Positions 10,391-21,879 are shown, counted from the first letter of the stretch. The stretch is 64,000 nt of DNA from Dasania phycosphaerae (GCF_026891035.1 NZ_JAPTGG010000008.1:157497-221496), one strand, 5' to 3'. The notes: generated by a model not told the origin, from the letters alone. Made by a program: numbers and translations.

Positions 10391-10933
10391 CTAGTGGCTG
10401 CCAGCCCAGTGAAAACGATTTAAGGGCAGTAGCTCGTTAAGGCCGCTGCGCTGTAGCGGTTTTAGTTGCTGGCTAAGTTTTTGGCTGGGGCGTGATTTTT
10501 TACGGCTGCCAAACTGTTGTATGGCATTGAGTGAAATGGCCAAATAATTATCTAATAACCAGTGTTGCCCAATCAGCTTGGTGCCGTGGCGGCTCAGGTG
10601 ATTGTGTACTCGTATTAAAATATCCAGCTCTAAACTATAGTGCTGCATTTGTTTATAGCACTGTGCCAAAGAGTGACCGGCAAGCATCATGCGCTCGGCA
10701 TAGTTGAGCCTGGTGTTTTTGTGCTCGTTTTCATTTAGCTGCTGTAGCAGCCATTCGCCCACCTCAAAACTACAGCCATAATAGCTTAGCGCCTGCTGCC
10801 AGTTACCACTTTGATACAGCGCTTGGCCATCGGCCATCCATATTTCCCAGTAGCTTATCGCTAAGCGTGCACTGCTTAAGCTGTGGGCTTTATGCGTTGA
10901 GCAAAGAAATTGTGTGGGGCTGTTGCTTAGCAT
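10391..10933 (-). CDS. Hypothetical protein (180 aa), candidate Fur-regulated
   Basis: ORF with no recognisable domain; a near-consensus Fur box lies ~70 bp upstream of its start. Confidence 0.5.
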   Translation of the reverse strand: MLSNSPTQFLCSTHKAHSLSSARLAISYWEIWMADGQALYQSGNWQQALSYYGCSFEVGEWLLQQLNENEHKNTRLNYAERMMLAGHSLAQCYKQMQHYSLELDILIRVHNHLSRHGTKLIGQHWLLDNYLAISLNAIQQFGSRKKSRPSQKLSQQLKPLQRSGLNELLPLNRFHWAGSH

Positions 10934-11001
10934 AGACCTTGTCCTTGTTGAATATATTGGCTAGTGCAGCAAGCTTAGCGCGAGCAATATATTAATGCAA
11001 A

Positions 11002-11016
11002 TGATAATCGTTATCA
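11002..11016. promoter_or_regulatory. Candidate Fur box (TGATAATCGTTATCA)
   Basis: 6-3-6 inverted repeat TGATAA-tcg-TTATCA, 14/15 match to the core of the Fur consensus GATAATGATAATCATTATC; in the divergent promoter region between the 180-aa hypothetical gene (-) and ackA (+). Confidence 0.55.
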
Positions 11017-11280
11017 TTTGTTGGTTGTGGGTGTAGACCCTTACATCTGGGGCATAGCTGCTAAGCTTAAAGCCTGCCTAGTCGTCGCTACTTACAGTTA
11101 GCCTGTGGCTAGATTGCTAAGTATTACAAGGGGTTATCGAAAGTTGAGCTTTAGTTGATCTACTTCAAAAGAAAGTTCGCACCATGCACGTACTATGTTG
11201 GATTAGATATGCGTTTAAAGACACAGTAGTGGCTTGTTACCGCTGGCTATCGCGCTAAACAGCTAAGCCTGTGGCTAGGG

Positions 11281-12486
11281 GTGAATATGGATAGACAGAT
11301 ACTGGTACTTAATGTGGGTTCTTCCAGTATAAAATTTTCGGTGTATCAACAGGCTGCTGATGGCTTGTTGAAGGTATTGCTAAGTGGCCAGCTTACTCAT
11401 CAGGGGCAGAACCGTGAGTTTAAGGTTGATTGTTTTGCAAGCGACTGTTTTGCCAGTGACAGCCGGCAGCAGTGGCAGGAGGCTCGAGTCGATAATAATC
11501 GTAAAGCAGATGTGGCGCGTATTCTGGATTATCTTGCTAACAGTAAAGCTGGTTTTGCTATCACCTTAGTAGGGCACCGAGTCGTGCATGGCGGTACTAG
11601 TTTTGCTAAGCCAGCCCTGATTAATGAGCAGGTGCTAGCTAGCTTACGTGAGCTACAGGATTTAGCGCCCTTGCATCAAGCCCATAATGTTGACGCCATT
11701 GCTGCGGTTGCTGAGCTGTGGCCCTCGGTTAAGCAGGTGGCTTGTTTTGATACTGCTTTCCATCACAGCATGCCCGCTGAGGCTCAAACTTTTGCTATCC
11801 CCAAACATTTTACTGAGCAAGGCATTAGACCCTATGGTTTTCATGGTTTGTCCTACCAGTATATTGCCAGCATTTTGCCTAGTGTTAAGCCCAAACCATG
11901 CTTATCGCGTGTGCTAGTGGCGCATTTGGGTAGCGGTGCTAGCTTATGTGCTATGCGCGATCTACGCAGTGTGGCCACCACTATGTCGTTTACACCTTTA
12001 GATGGTTTGGCTATGGCTACCCGCAGCGGTGCTATAGACCCGGGAGTATTGCTATATTTATTAAATAATAAAGCGATGACAGTAGAGCAGTTGCAGCAGC
12101 TATTAAACCATCAGTCGGGGCTGCTGGGTATGTCGGGTATTAGTGCGGATTTGCGTGAGTTATTAGCCAGTGATCATCCGGCTGCCAGCGCAGCAGTAGA
12201 CCATTATATTTATCGAATAGTACTGGCGCTGGGCTCTATGGCGGCCGCCGCAGGCGGCATAGACACATTGGTGTTTACCGCAGGTGTGGGCCAGCACTGC
12301 GCACAAGTACGCGAGCGGGTATGCCAGCAAATAGCATGGCTGGGCGTTAAATTAAATACACAGGCCAACGCTAGTCACGCCCAGTGTATTAGCCATAAAG
12401 ATAGTCAGGTAGCGGTATATGTCATCGCGACTGATGAAGCATTAATGATTGCTCAGCATTGTCTAGCGTTAGATATTGCCAGCTAA
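11281..12486 (+). CDS. ackA: Acetate kinase
   Basis: 401 aa; [17 protein letters not shown]-terminus and conserved acetate/propionate kinase blocks ([12 protein letters not shown]). Confidence 0.9.
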   Translation: MNMDRQILVLNVGSSSIKFSVYQQAADGLLKVLLSGQLTHQGQNREFKVDCFASDCFASDSRQQWQEARVDNNRKADVARILDYLANSKAGFAITLVGHRVVHGGTSFAKPALINEQVLASLRELQDLAPLHQAHNVDAIAAVAELWPSVKQVACFDTAFHHSMPAEAQTFAIPKHFTEQGIRPYGFHGLSYQYIASILPSVKPKPCLSRVLVAHLGSGASLCAMRDLRSVATTMSFTPLDGLAMATRSGAIDPGVLLYLLNNKAMTVEQLQQLLNHQSGLLGMSGISADLRELLASDHPAASAAVDHYIYRIVLALGSMAAAAGGIDTLVFTAGVGQHCAQVRERVCQQIAWLGVKLNTQANASHAQCISHKDSQVAVYVIATDEALMIAQHCLALDIAS

Positions 12487-12505
12487 TTGTATAGAGGAAG
12501 TTTAC

Positions 12506-14896
12506 ATGACAAAAAAAAATAATACGGTTACAAGTACGCAAACACCGCTGGATGAGCAGGAGCTAAAACAGTTACATGCTTATTGGTGTGCCTGTAATTA
12601 TCTGGCTGCGGCTATGATTTATCTGCAAGAGAACCCCTTATTGCGCCAACCCTTAGCCAAAGAGCATATTAAAAAACGTTTATTGGGGCACTGGGGAGCT
12701 AGCCCCGGCTTGTCGTTTATGTATATACACATGAACAGGCTGATTAATAAATATGATCTAAACAGTATATTTTTATCGGGCCCCGGCCACGGTGCCCCCG
12801 GTGTTTTGGCGCCGGTTTATTTAGAGGGTACCTATACCGAAGTTTATCCCGATATGCGTGAAGATGAGGAAGGGCTACGTCGTTTTTTTAAACAGTTTTC
12901 TTTTCCCGGTGGCATCGGTAGCCACTGCACACCAGAAACTCCGGGCTCTATTCATGAAGGTGGTGAGCTAGGCTATAGCCTATCCCACGCATTTGGCGCA
13001 GCCTTTGATAACCCCGATTTAATTGTTACCGTGGCTGTTGGTGATGGCGAGGCAGAAACGGGGCCACTGGCTACGGCCTGGCATTCCAATAAATTTTTAC
13101 ATCCCATACGCGATGGTGCTGTGCTACCTATATTGCACTTAAATGGTTATAAAATTAATAATCCCACCCTATTATCCAGAATTACAGGGCAAGAGTTAGA
13201 AGATTTATTTAGTGGCTATGGTTGGCAGCCTTACTTTGTTGAGGGTGACGACCCCATGGTTATGCATCAACAGATGGCGGCAACTATGGAGCGCTGTGTA
13301 AGCGAGATACAAAGCATACAGCAGCAAGCCAGAGCTGGCGGCAACGCCAGCCGAGCGCGTTGGCCTATGATAGTGTTGCGCTCACCCAAGGGCTGGACCG
13401 GGCCTAAACAGGTGGGCGGACATAAGGTAGAGGGCTACTGGCGCGCCCACCAGGTACCACTGGCCAATGTCCACAGTGACGAGCAGCAGTTACAGCAGTT
13501 AGAGCAATGGCTAAAAAGTTATCAGCCTGAATTATGGTTTGATCAGCAAGGTAAACTCATCCCCGAATTAAAAGCCCTAGCCCCAAAAGGCTTGCGGCGT
13601 ATGAGTGCCAACCCCCATGCTAATGGTGGTTTGTTACGCCGTGATTTGTTAATGCCTGATTTTCGTGACTACATGATAGCGGTTACAGAACCGGCAAAAA
13701 GCAGTGCCATGAATACGAAGCCTCTGGGCTGCATGCTTAGAGATATTATGCGACTTAATAGCAATAATTTTCGTGTGTTTGGGCCTGATGAAAATACCTC
13801 AAATAAATTAGATGCGATTTATGAGGTGAGTAAAAAACTATGGCTGGCGGATTACAAACCCGAGGATGAACAGGGTGGTGAGCTCAGCCCCGATGGCCGA
13901 GTGCTTGAGATGCTGTCGGAGCACACCTTAGAGGGGTGGTTTGAAGGCTATGTGCTAACTGGCAGGCACGGTTTTTTTGCCACCTACGAGGCCTTTGTGC
14001 ATGTTATAGACTCTATGTACAACCAGCATGCGAAGTGGCTGGCGATATGTGAAGAGCTGCCTTGGCGTGCTCCCATAGCTTCAATTAATTTATTAATTAC
14101 GTCTACAGTTTGGCGTCAGGATCACAACGGTTTTACTCATCAAGATCCGGGCTTTCTAGACTTGGTGGTTAATAAAAGCCCGCTGGTCACCCGTATCTAC
14201 TTACCCCCAGATGTTAATTGCCTGCTGTCCACCGCAGATCATTGTTTACGTAGCCATAATGATATTAATGTAATTGTGGCTGATAAGCAGATGCATGTGC
14301 AGTATCTCGATAAAGATGCAGCGATAAAACACTGTACCAAAGGTCTGGGTATATGGGAGTGGGCCAGCACTGATAAGGGAGTAGAGCCCGATGTAGTAAT
14401 GGTGGGCTGTGGTGATATTCCCACCAAAGAAGCGCTGGCAGCTACGGCTATGCTAAGGGAATATTTCCCCGATTTAAAAATTCGTTTTATCAATGTGGTG
14501 GATTTATTTCGCATGACTCCAGCCGAAGAGCACCCACACGGTTTAAGCGACAGTGACTTTGATAGCCTATTCACTAAAGATAAGCCCATAGTATTTAACT
14601 TTCATGGTTACCCCTGGCTAATACACCGGCTCGCTTATAGGCGTGCGAATAAAAATTTACATGTTAGGGGTTATATAGAGCGAGGCAATATTAATACGCC
14701 GTTAGAGCTGGCCATAGATAATCAAATTGATAGGTTTAGCTTGGCTATAGATGTTATTGATCGTGTGCCGCGTCTACAGGTAATAGGTGCGCATGCCAAA
14801 CAAAGTCTGCGCGATAAACAAATAGACTGTAGGCATTATGCTCATGAGCATGGTGTAGATAAACCCGAACATAATAACTGGGTGTGGCCCTTTTAA
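12506..14896 (+). CDS. xfp: Xylulose-5-phosphate / fructose-6-phosphate phosphoketolase
   Basis: ~797 aa from ATG 12506 (RBS gaggaag upstream); GHWG, EGGELGY and GDGEAETG ThDP motifs of the XFP family; immediately downstream of ackA in the same orientation. Confidence 0.9.
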   Translation: MTKKNNTVTSTQTPLDEQELKQLHAYWCACNYLAAAMIYLQENPLLRQPLAKEHIKKRLLGHWGASPGLSFMYIHMNRLINKYDLNSIFLSGPGHGAPGVLAPVYLEGTYTEVYPDMREDEEGLRRFFKQFSFPGGIGSHCTPETPGSIHEGGELGYSLSHAFGAAFDNPDLIVTVAVGDGEAETGPLATAWHSNKFLHPIRDGAVLPILHLNGYKINNPTLLSRITGQELEDLFSGYGWQPYFVEGDDPMVMHQQMAATMERCVSEIQSIQQQARAGGNASRARWPMIVLRSPKGWTGPKQVGGHKVEGYWRAHQVPLANVHSDEQQLQQLEQWLKSYQPELWFDQQGKLIPELKALAPKGLRRMSANPHANGGLLRRDLLMPDFRDYMIAVTEPAKSSAMNTKPLGCMLRDIMRLNSNNFRVFGPDENTSNKLDAIYEVSKKLWLADYKPEDEQGGELSPDGRVLEMLSEHTLEGWFEGYVLTGRHGFFATYEAFVHVIDSMYNQHAKWLAICEELPWRAPIASINLLITSTVWRQDHNGFTHQDPGFLDLVVNKSPLVTRIYLPPDVNCLLSTADHCLRSHNDINVIVADKQMHVQYLDKDAAIKHCTKGLGIWEWASTDKGVEPDVVMVGCGDIPTKEALAATAMLREYFPDLKIRFINVVDLFRMTPAEEHPHGLSDSDFDSLFTKDKPIVFNFHGYPWLIHRLAYRRANKNLHVRGYIERGNINTPLELAIDNQIDRFSLAIDVIDRVPRLQVIGAHAKQSLRDKQIDCRHYAHEHGVDKPEHNNWVWPF

Positions 14897-14933
14897 TCAT
14901 TGATTTATTAACTAAGGCTTTGGCGTTAAATCT

Positions 14934-16655
14934 ATGCAGCAACATTTAATTCTAATAGGTATGTTAGCCGGTGGTTTAGGTTTGTTTATGTTAGCTGTGG
15001 GGATGATGACCGACGGCCTTAAATCGGCTGCCGGTCAGGCCCTGCGTGATATTTTAGCGCGCTGGACCCGTACCCCCGCACATGGCATTTTTACCGGCCT
15101 GGCGATTACCGCCATAGTGCAGTCTTCCAGCGCGGTTACTGTAGCAACTATAGGTTTTGTTAATGCCGGTATTATTTCTATGCGCCGGGCCCTGGGTGTG
15201 GTCTACGGTTCAAATTTAGGCACCACCATGACTGGCTGGTTGGTCGCGGTGGTTGGCTTTAAGCTTAATATAGAGTCTTTTGCCTTGCCCTTAATTGGTC
15301 TAGGTATGTTATTGCGGCTCACCGGGGGCGAGAGTAAACGTGCGCCATTGGGTTTAGCCCTAGTTGGCTTTGGGCTATTTTTTATAGGTGTAGATGTACT
15401 AAAAGATGCTTTTGATGGTTTGGTACTGGCAATAGACTTTAACAAATTTACCGTTGAAGGTTGGCGCGGTATTTTAATGTACGTAGCCATAGGTTTTTTG
15501 ATTACCGTACTAACCCAGTCGTCCAGCGCCGCAATTGCGATAACCCTAACAGCAGCTAGCGGTGGCGTATTAGGGCTGTATGCTGCCGCAGCAATGGTAA
15601 TAGGCGCTAATGTAGGCACAACTTCCACTGCTGCAATTGCCGTGATAGGCGCAACAGCTAACGCCAAGCGAGTAGCCTCTGCCCATATCATATTCAATGT
15701 GGGGGCAGGCCTGCTAGCCTTGCTTATATTACCGGTTTTATTTTGGGTGGTGGAATCCAGTACTAATTTATTAGGCTTAGAGTCTATACCGGCGGTGACC
15801 TTGGCTTTGTTTCATACCGTGTTTAATTTGGTGGGTGTGTTACTGATGTTGCCGTTTAATAACCGACTGGCAGATTTTTTGGAAAAGCGTTTTATTACTC
15901 AAGAGGAAGTCGAGTCTAGGCCACAATATTTAGATAAAACCGTTTTAGTTACGCCAGTATTAGCTGTTAATGCTTTAGTGCTGGAACTCAACAGGCTAGT
16001 AGCTGTGATTAAACGTATGGGTATACAGGTGATGGCCGAGCATCCTAATAATCTGCAAGCGGTTAGTCACGATGAGCGCGTGGTTAATCAGTTGTCTGCA
16101 GCTGTGTCGTCATTTATAGCTCAGATAGAGCGCGCTGAACTAAGTGAAGAAATTGCCCAAGAGCTCGCGAAAATACTACGCGCGGACCAGCATCTATTGG
16201 CGGCTAGTGAACAAGCGCTAGCCTTAGCAAAAAATCCACAGCTGAGTACTGATATTAGCGATGCCAGTGTTAAAATTGGTATGCAGCAATTTAATCAGTT
16301 GGTCTACCACTTTATAGATCAAGCAGATTTATCATCGCCACAGTTTTCTTTGTTATCTGCCCATCAACAATTACAACAAATAGAGCAATGCTATGGAGAT
16401 ATTAAGGGCGTGTTACTGCTGGCTGGTGTTGAACTACGCTTAAAGATTGATGATGTCATTGCCCTTATAGAAATTAACAGCGATAAACGCCATATGTGTG
16501 TGCAGTTAATAAAAGCATTAAGCCTGTTGAGTAATGTGGTGGTAGATGTTGATAGTGAGGGCTATACCCAGCCTGATGTGGCTGAGGATAGCGGCCAGGC
16601 TAACACCGAGCAGCCGCTGGCAACTGTCACTAATAAATCCATTACAGAACCTTGA
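14934..16655 (+). CDS. Na+/phosphate cotransporter family protein (NptA/YjbB-like) with C-terminal PhoU-like region
   Basis: 573 aa; duplicated Na/Pi-cotransporter membrane repeats (QSSSA.T motifs twice) followed by a soluble helical domain. Confidence 0.8.
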   Translation: MQQHLILIGMLAGGLGLFMLAVGMMTDGLKSAAGQALRDILARWTRTPAHGIFTGLAITAIVQSSSAVTVATIGFVNAGIISMRRALGVVYGSNLGTTMTGWLVAVVGFKLNIESFALPLIGLGMLLRLTGGESKRAPLGLALVGFGLFFIGVDVLKDAFDGLVLAIDFNKFTVEGWRGILMYVAIGFLITVLTQSSSAAIAITLTAASGGVLGLYAAAAMVIGANVGTTSTAAIAVIGATANAKRVASAHIIFNVGAGLLALLILPVLFWVVESSTNLLGLESIPAVTLALFHTVFNLVGVLLMLPFNNRLADFLEKRFITQEEVESRPQYLDKTVLVTPVLAVNALVLELNRLVAVIKRMGIQVMAEHPNNLQAVSHDERVVNQLSAAVSSFIAQIERAELSEEIAQELAKILRADQHLLAASEQALALAKNPQLSTDISDASVKIGMQQFNQLVYHFIDQADLSSPQFSLLSAHQQLQQIEQCYGDIKGVLLLAGVELRLKIDDVIALIEINSDKRHMCVQLIKALSLLSNVVVDVDSEGYTQPDVAEDSGQANTEQPLATVTNKSITEP

Positions 16656-17722
16656 GTGATTTTATGAACATGCTTTTAAGCGAGGGTTTAGTGTGGTTGG
16701 GCATAGTGTTTTGTATTAGCCAGTCAGCGATGTTTAGTGGTTTAAATCTGGCTTTGTTGGGTGTCAGTCGCCTTCGTTTAGAGGTGGAGGCTCAATCTGG
16801 TTCGCCAGCGGCATTGACCATCTTAGCCTTGCGTAAAAACGTCAATTTATTGTTGGCAACGATACTGTGGGGCAATGTGGCGATCAATGTGTTGCTCACC
16901 TTGCTCTCTAATTCTGTTATGGCGGGCTTAACTGCCTTTTTATTTTCCAGTGTACTCATTACATTTTTGGGCGAAATTATACCGCAGGCCTATTTTTCGC
17001 GTAATGCTATGCGTATGGGGGCTTTATTGGCACCGGTTTTAAAGTTCTATCAATACCTGTTATACCCGGTGGCTAAGCCCTGCGCCATAGTGTTAGATCA
17101 ATGGTTAGGTAAAGAGGGTATTAGTTATTTTCGTGAGCAAGATTTACATACGGTTATTGCCAAACATATAGAGTCTAGTAGTTCTGATGTGAGCCTGCTG
17201 GAAGGCACTGGGGCGATTAATTTTTTAAAAATAGATGATATTGCCGTTAGTAAAATGGGGGAGTTGATCGATGACAAAAGCATCATACATTTACCTCAAG
17301 CTAAAGGTTTGCCTGTGTTTCCTGAATTTAATCGACAGGTAAAGGATGGTTTTTTACAGGCTATTGCTGCATCAGGTAAGAAGTGGGTTGTTATCACTGA
17401 TGAACAGGGGCTTCCTTACTCTATACTTAATGCGCATGTGTTTCTTAGAAGCATATTGGCGGAGCTGCCTATGTCTGCTCAGGAATACTGTCACCAACCT
17501 ATAGTGGTTACTGATCCTCAAGAACAGTTGGGTAAGGTGTTATCTGAATTAAAGGTGTCACCAGAGCATCAATCAGATGATGTGATCGATAACGATATTA
17601 TTTTGTACTGGGGCGAACAGCGGCGAATTATTAGTGGCTCCGATATTTTAGGTAGATTGTTAAAAGGCATAGTTAGGCGTGATGACATAAACGATAAACA
17701 TTTACATCCTATTTCTTTGTAA
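16652..17722 (+). CDS. DUF21 (CNNM-type transmembrane) domain protein
   Basis: 356 aa; N-terminal 4-TM DUF21 pattern typical of HlyC/CorC family; likely true start ATG 16664. Confidence 0.65.
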   Translation: MSDFMNMLLSEGLVWLGIVFCISQSAMFSGLNLALLGVSRLRLEVEAQSGSPAALTILALRKNVNLLLATILWGNVAINVLLTLLSNSVMAGLTAFLFSSVLITFLGEIIPQAYFSRNAMRMGALLAPVLKFYQYLLYPVAKPCAIVLDQWLGKEGISYFREQDLHTVIAKHIESSSSDVSLLEGTGAINFLKIDDIAVSKMGELIDDKSIIHLPQAKGLPVFPEFNRQVKDGFLQAIAASGKKWVVITDEQGLPYSILNAHVFLRSILAELPMSAQEYCHQPIVVTDPQEQLGKVLSELKVSPEHQSDDVIDNDIILYWGEQRRIISGSDILGRLLKGIVRRDDINDKHLHPISL

Positions 17723-17738
17723 TACAGGTAAAACTATT

Positions 17739-19142
17739 ATGGCAACAGTGACATTTTACGGCGCAATTGAAGGCGTAACAGGCTCAGCCTATTTGCTGGC
17801 AACCGATGAGGCTAAAATCTTATTGGACTGCGGTTTGTTTCAGGGTAGGCGTGAAGAAGAGGAGGGCAATTTAGAGGCCTTTCCTTTTGATGTTACAGAG
17901 CTGGATGCCGTGGTCCTGTCCCATGCTCACTTAGATCACTCAGGCCGGCTGCCTAAGTTGGTTGCGGATGGCTATAATGCCGCAATTTATATGACTAGCC
18001 CCAGTGTTGAACTATTGGAGATTTTGCTCAATGATGCCGTGTCATTGCAGCTGCGCGACGTGGAGTGGGAAAACAAACGCCTACAGCGAGCGGGTAAAAA
18101 ACTCATAGAGCCTATGTATACATTAGACAATGTTAAGGAAACACTGACCCTATGTTCCGGTGAGGATTATGGGCATAGGGTTACTGTGGCGAAAGGCATA
18201 GATGTTTGTTTTAGAGATGCCGGTCATATTCTGGGCTCTGCCATAGTAGAAGTGTTTGTTACTGAGCAAGGGGTAGAGAAAAAATTGGTGTTCTCAGGGG
18301 ACTTGGGCAATAGTTGTTCAGCCTTGTTGCGTGATCCCGAAGTGGTGGAACATGCCGATGTGTTGTTGCTAGAGTCTACTTATGGTGATCGTAATCATAG
18401 GCCTATGGATGAGACTTTAGCTGAGTTTGAAGATATCGTTGAGCAGGCCTCAAAAAACGGCGGCAATATATTAATACCCTCATTTGCAGTCGGTCGTACC
18501 CAGGAAATTATTTTCCGATTAGGTGAGCTTTATCAAAAAGGTAAGCTTAGGCAGCAGGCAGTCTATTTAGATAGCCCCATGGCGATAGCGGTCACGGAAA
18601 TTTATCACCGTTACCAGGATGTGTATAACACCGAGGATCAGGCGGCTATGAAAAAAGGCGCTGCCAGTAGCCTGCATAGTTTTTTGCCGGTGCTGCGCTA
18701 TTCCTCTTCTACGGCCGAATCTATAGCGCTTAATAATATAGAAGCCGGGGCAATTATTATTGCCGGTAGTGGTATGTGCAATGGCGGCCGTATACGCCAT
18801 CATTTCAAACACAATTTATGGCGCCGTAATGCTCATGTGATTTTTGTTGGCTTTCAAGCTATGGGTACGCCTGGCCGGGCGTTGGTTGATGGTGCCAAAT
18901 TTTTTAACCAAGCAGGTGAGAAAATATCGGTTAAGGCAGCGATTCATACCATAGGCGGTTTTTCCGCTCACGCAAGCCAGTCGCAGCTTTTAGACTGGAT
19001 TAATGGTTTTTCTCAAGCTAATAAACCTAGGCTATTTTTGGTACATGGCGAAGAGGACACCAAAGTCATTTTTAAATCATACCTCAAACAGCAGGGCTGG
19101 GACGCCAGCATACCCGCCAAAGGTGAGACTATTACTTTCTAA
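17739..19142 (+). CDS. MBL-fold beta-CASP ribonuclease (RNase J-like)
   Basis: 467 aa; HAHLDHSG metallo-beta-lactamase motif plus beta-CASP and RMMBL C-terminal region. Confidence 0.8.
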   Translation: MATVTFYGAIEGVTGSAYLLATDEAKILLDCGLFQGRREEEEGNLEAFPFDVTELDAVVLSHAHLDHSGRLPKLVADGYNAAIYMTSPSVELLEILLNDAVSLQLRDVEWENKRLQRAGKKLIEPMYTLDNVKETLTLCSGEDYGHRVTVAKGIDVCFRDAGHILGSAIVEVFVTEQGVEKKLVFSGDLGNSCSALLRDPEVVEHADVLLLESTYGDRNHRPMDETLAEFEDIVEQASKNGGNILIPSFAVGRTQEIIFRLGELYQKGKLRQQAVYLDSPMAIAVTEIYHRYQDVYNTEDQAAMKKGAASSLHSFLPVLRYSSSTAESIALNNIEAGAIIIAGSGMCNGGRIRHHFKHNLWRRNAHVIFVGFQAMGTPGRALVDGAKFFNQAGEKISVKAAIHTIGGFSAHASQSQLLDWINGFSQANKPRLFLVHGEEDTKVIFKSYLKQQGWDASIPAKGETITF

Positions 19143-19153
19143 CGGTAATTTAA

Positions 19154-20065
19154 TTGATAAGAGCAACTATGACTGATCTTAAAAAGCCGTATAAGGCTGC
19201 CAAAGTTTTTCCTACCGCAGAGGAGGATGTGGGGGCTGCGAAGCTTAGCCCTAGTACCCCGCAAACGAGTTCGCCAGCCTATAGGTTGGCCTATTCTGAT
19301 AATGAGTTTTTATTACGCGATGAATTACGCCCCTTACGTTTACAGCTAGAGCTGTTAAAACCCGACTTGCTACAAGATGAACAGGGTATAGAGGCGACTG
19401 TGGTGGTATTTGGCAGTGCCCGTATACCTGATGCCGAGACTGCCGCTAACCATTTAGCTGAGGCTAAGCACAAGGCTGAAATGCAGCCTAATAATAGCGC
19501 CTTGCTTAAGCAAGTTGCTGAGGCTGAAAGAGTATTGCGCAATAGTTTTTATTATGAAGAAGCTAGAAAGTTTGCCCGGCTGATCACCCAAGACAGTGCC
19601 AGTGACGACGAATGTGACTTTATGATTATCACCGGTGGCGGCCCAGGTATTATGGAGGCCGCCAATCGTGGCGCTATGGAAGCTGGAGGTAAGAGTATAG
19701 GCTTAAATATTGTTTTGCCCTTTGAGCAGCGCCCCAATCCGTATGTGACACCAGAACTATGTTTTCAATTTCATTATTTTGCCATACGCAAGATGCACTT
19801 TTTAAAGCGTGCCCGCGCCTTATTGGCCTGCCCTGGTGGTTTTGGTACTTTGGATGAACTGTTTGAAACCTTGACCTTAATCCAAACAAAAAAAATCAAA
19901 CCGCTGCCTGTTTTGCTGATGGGTAGTGACTATTGGCGGCGTATGATTAATTTTGAAATGCTGGTGGAGGAGGGCATGATAGAAGAGCAAGACCTTGCCC
20001 TGTTCCAGTTTGTTGACAGTGCCGAGCAAGCCCGAGATATAGTAAGGGCGCACTGGGGGATATAA
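19154..20065 (+). CDS. LOG family protein (cytokinin riboside 5'-monophosphate phosphoribohydrolase-like, YgdH-type)
   Basis: 303 aa; TGGGPGIMEAANRGA and PGGFGTLDELFE motifs of the LOG/TIGR00730 family. Confidence 0.8.
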   Translation: MIRATMTDLKKPYKAAKVFPTAEEDVGAAKLSPSTPQTSSPAYRLAYSDNEFLLRDELRPLRLQLELLKPDLLQDEQGIEATVVVFGSARIPDAETAANHLAEAKHKAEMQPNNSALLKQVAEAERVLRNSFYYEEARKFARLITQDSASDDECDFMIITGGGPGIMEAANRGAMEAGGKSIGLNIVLPFEQRPNPYVTPELCFQFHYFAIRKMHFLKRARALLACPGGFGTLDELFETLTLIQTKKIKPLPVLLMGSDYWRRMINFEMLVEEGMIEEQDLALFQFVDSAEQARDIVRAHWGI

Positions 20066-20095
20066 GTGCAGCGAATATTATTGCTATGGTAATTG

Positions 20096-20132
20096 AAAAC
20101 TGGCAGCGCTACTGAGTAGTGCTGCCAGTTAA
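20096..20132. terminator. Hairpin terminator between convergent LOG gene and leuA
   Basis: Stem ctggcagc / gctgccag with a TTTT run on the minus-strand side (leuA direction). Confidence 0.5.
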
Positions 20133-20151
20133 TATTTATCAAGCTGCTTGC

Positions 20152-21879
20152 TCAGGCTGCGCTGGTTTGTGCCTTGGCGACACAACGATTGACCACATTA
20201 AGCATGGCACGCATAGTCGCCTCTAATACATCCTGACTTTTGCCAACTCCGCACAGACGTTGGCCATCTATGTTAGCCTGTAAGTAGCACACCGCTTCGG
20301 CGCTGCTGCCGCTATGCTCACTGCTGGCTAGGGCATGTTCGGCATATTCCACCACCACTATATTTTTATTGATCTGCTCGCCTAAGGCTTTGGCAAAGCT
20401 CTCTATGGCACCGCTGCCTTGTTGTTGTAGGTTCAGTGCTTGGCCCTGATGAATAAGAGTGGCTTGTAACTGCTCTGTATCATGCTCGCGGCTGAGTTGG
20501 TAACTCTGTAACTGGTAGGCAGCAGGCTGTTGCCAGTAATGCTGCTCAAACAGCGCCGCTATGGTGCCAGGGCTAAGCTCACGCTTTTGACGTTCGGCTT
20601 CGGCCTGTACCAAGCTACTGAATTCTATTTGCAACCAGCGTGGCAATTGTAAGCCTTGCTGTTGTTCCATCACATAGGCTATGCCAGCCTTGCCCGATTG
20701 GCTGTTAATGCGTATGACCTCCTGATAAGAGCGCCCTAAATCGGCGGGGTCTATGGGCAAATAAGCGACTTGCCAAGGTTGCTGGGCGTCGTAATGTTTT
20801 AAGCATTTATTAATCGCGTCCTGATGGCTGCCGGAAAAAGCAGTAAACACCAAATCACCTGCATAGGGGTGACGCGGGTGTACCGGTAATTGCGTACAGG
20901 CTTTAACGGTTTGGATAATTTTATCCATGTTGGCCAAGTCTAATTGCGGGTCTATGCCCTGGCTGTAAAGGTTCATGGCCATGGTGATGACATCCATATT
21001 GCCGGTACGCTCGCCATTACCCATTAAAGTGCCTTCTACTCGGTCGGCGCCAGCCATAACCCCTAGCTCGGCGGCAGCAACGGCACAGCCTCTATCGTTG
21101 TGGGTGTGCAGGCTAATGCTAAGAGCCTCACGTTGTTTAATATGCTGGCAAAACCACTCGATTTGGTCAGCGTAAATATTGGGTGTGCTTACTTCTACAG
21201 TGGCGGGTAAATTGATAATCACCGGCCGCTCAGGGCTGGGCTGCCACACATCTACCACGGCATCGCAAATTGCCACGGCAAAATCCAGTTCGGTGTTGGT
21301 AAAACTTTCAGGTGAATACTCAAACTGCCAGTCCGTGGCCGGGTATTGCTGGGCCTGTTGTTTAATTAAGCGAGCGCCCTCAACCGCAATATCAATAATG
21401 CCCTGTTTGTCGAGTTGAAAAACCTGCTCGCGTTGCACCTTAGAGGTGGAGTTATACAAATGCACTATGGCTTTTTTGCAGCCCTGCAAGGCCTCAAAGG
21501 AACGCTTGATTAGAGCTGCGCGCGCAGGAGTTAAGATTTGTATGCGTACATCATCGGGTATTTTATTTTGCTCGATTAGCTCGCGTATAAAATCAAAATC
21601 GGTTTGCGAGGCAGCGGGAAAGCCTACTTCGATTTCTTTAAATCCTATAGCAACTAATAAATCAAACAGCTGGTGTTTTTGTGCAGGGGTCATGGGGTCT
21701 ATCAATGCTTGATTACCATCGCGTAAATCGACACTGCACCAAGTAGGCGCTTGTGTGATTTGCTGATTGGGCCACTGGCGCTGGGGTAGGTCTACTGTTG
21801 GGTAGGCGCAGTATTTCCTGTGATTAAAGGGGGCGTTATCAAAAGAGCGATGATTAGAAGGTGCGGCCTGTAGGGTCAT
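20152..21879 (-). CDS. leuA: 2-isopropylmalate synthase (long-form, LeuA type 2)
   Basis: 575 aa; HTHNDRG, DRVEGTLMGNGERTGN and C-terminal LeuA dimerisation/regulatory domain. Confidence 0.9.
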   Translation of the reverse strand: MTLQAAPSNHRSFDNAPFNHRKYCAYPTVDLPQRQWPNQQITQAPTWCSVDLRDGNQALIDPMTPAQKHQLFDLLVAIGFKEIEVGFPAASQTDFDFIRELIEQNKIPDDVRIQILTPARAALIKRSFEALQGCKKAIVHLYNSTSKVQREQVFQLDKQGIIDIAVEGARLIKQQAQQYPATDWQFEYSPESFTNTELDFAVAICDAVVDVWQPSPERPVIINLPATVEVSTPNIYADQIEWFCQHIKQREALSISLHTHNDRGCAVAAAELGVMAGADRVEGTLMGNGERTGNMDVITMAMNLYSQGIDPQLDLANMDKIIQTVKACTQLPVHPRHPYAGDLVFTAFSGSHQDAINKCLKHYDAQQPWQVAYLPIDPADLGRSYQEVIRINSQSGKAGIAYVMEQQQGLQLPRWLQIEFSSLVQAEAERQKRELSPGTIAALFEQHYWQQPAAYQLQSYQLSREHDTEQLQATLIHQGQALNLQQQGSGAIESFAKALGEQINKNIVVVEYAEHALASSEHSGSSAEAVCYLQANIDGQRLCGVGKSQDVLEATMRAMLNVVNRCVAKAQTSAA

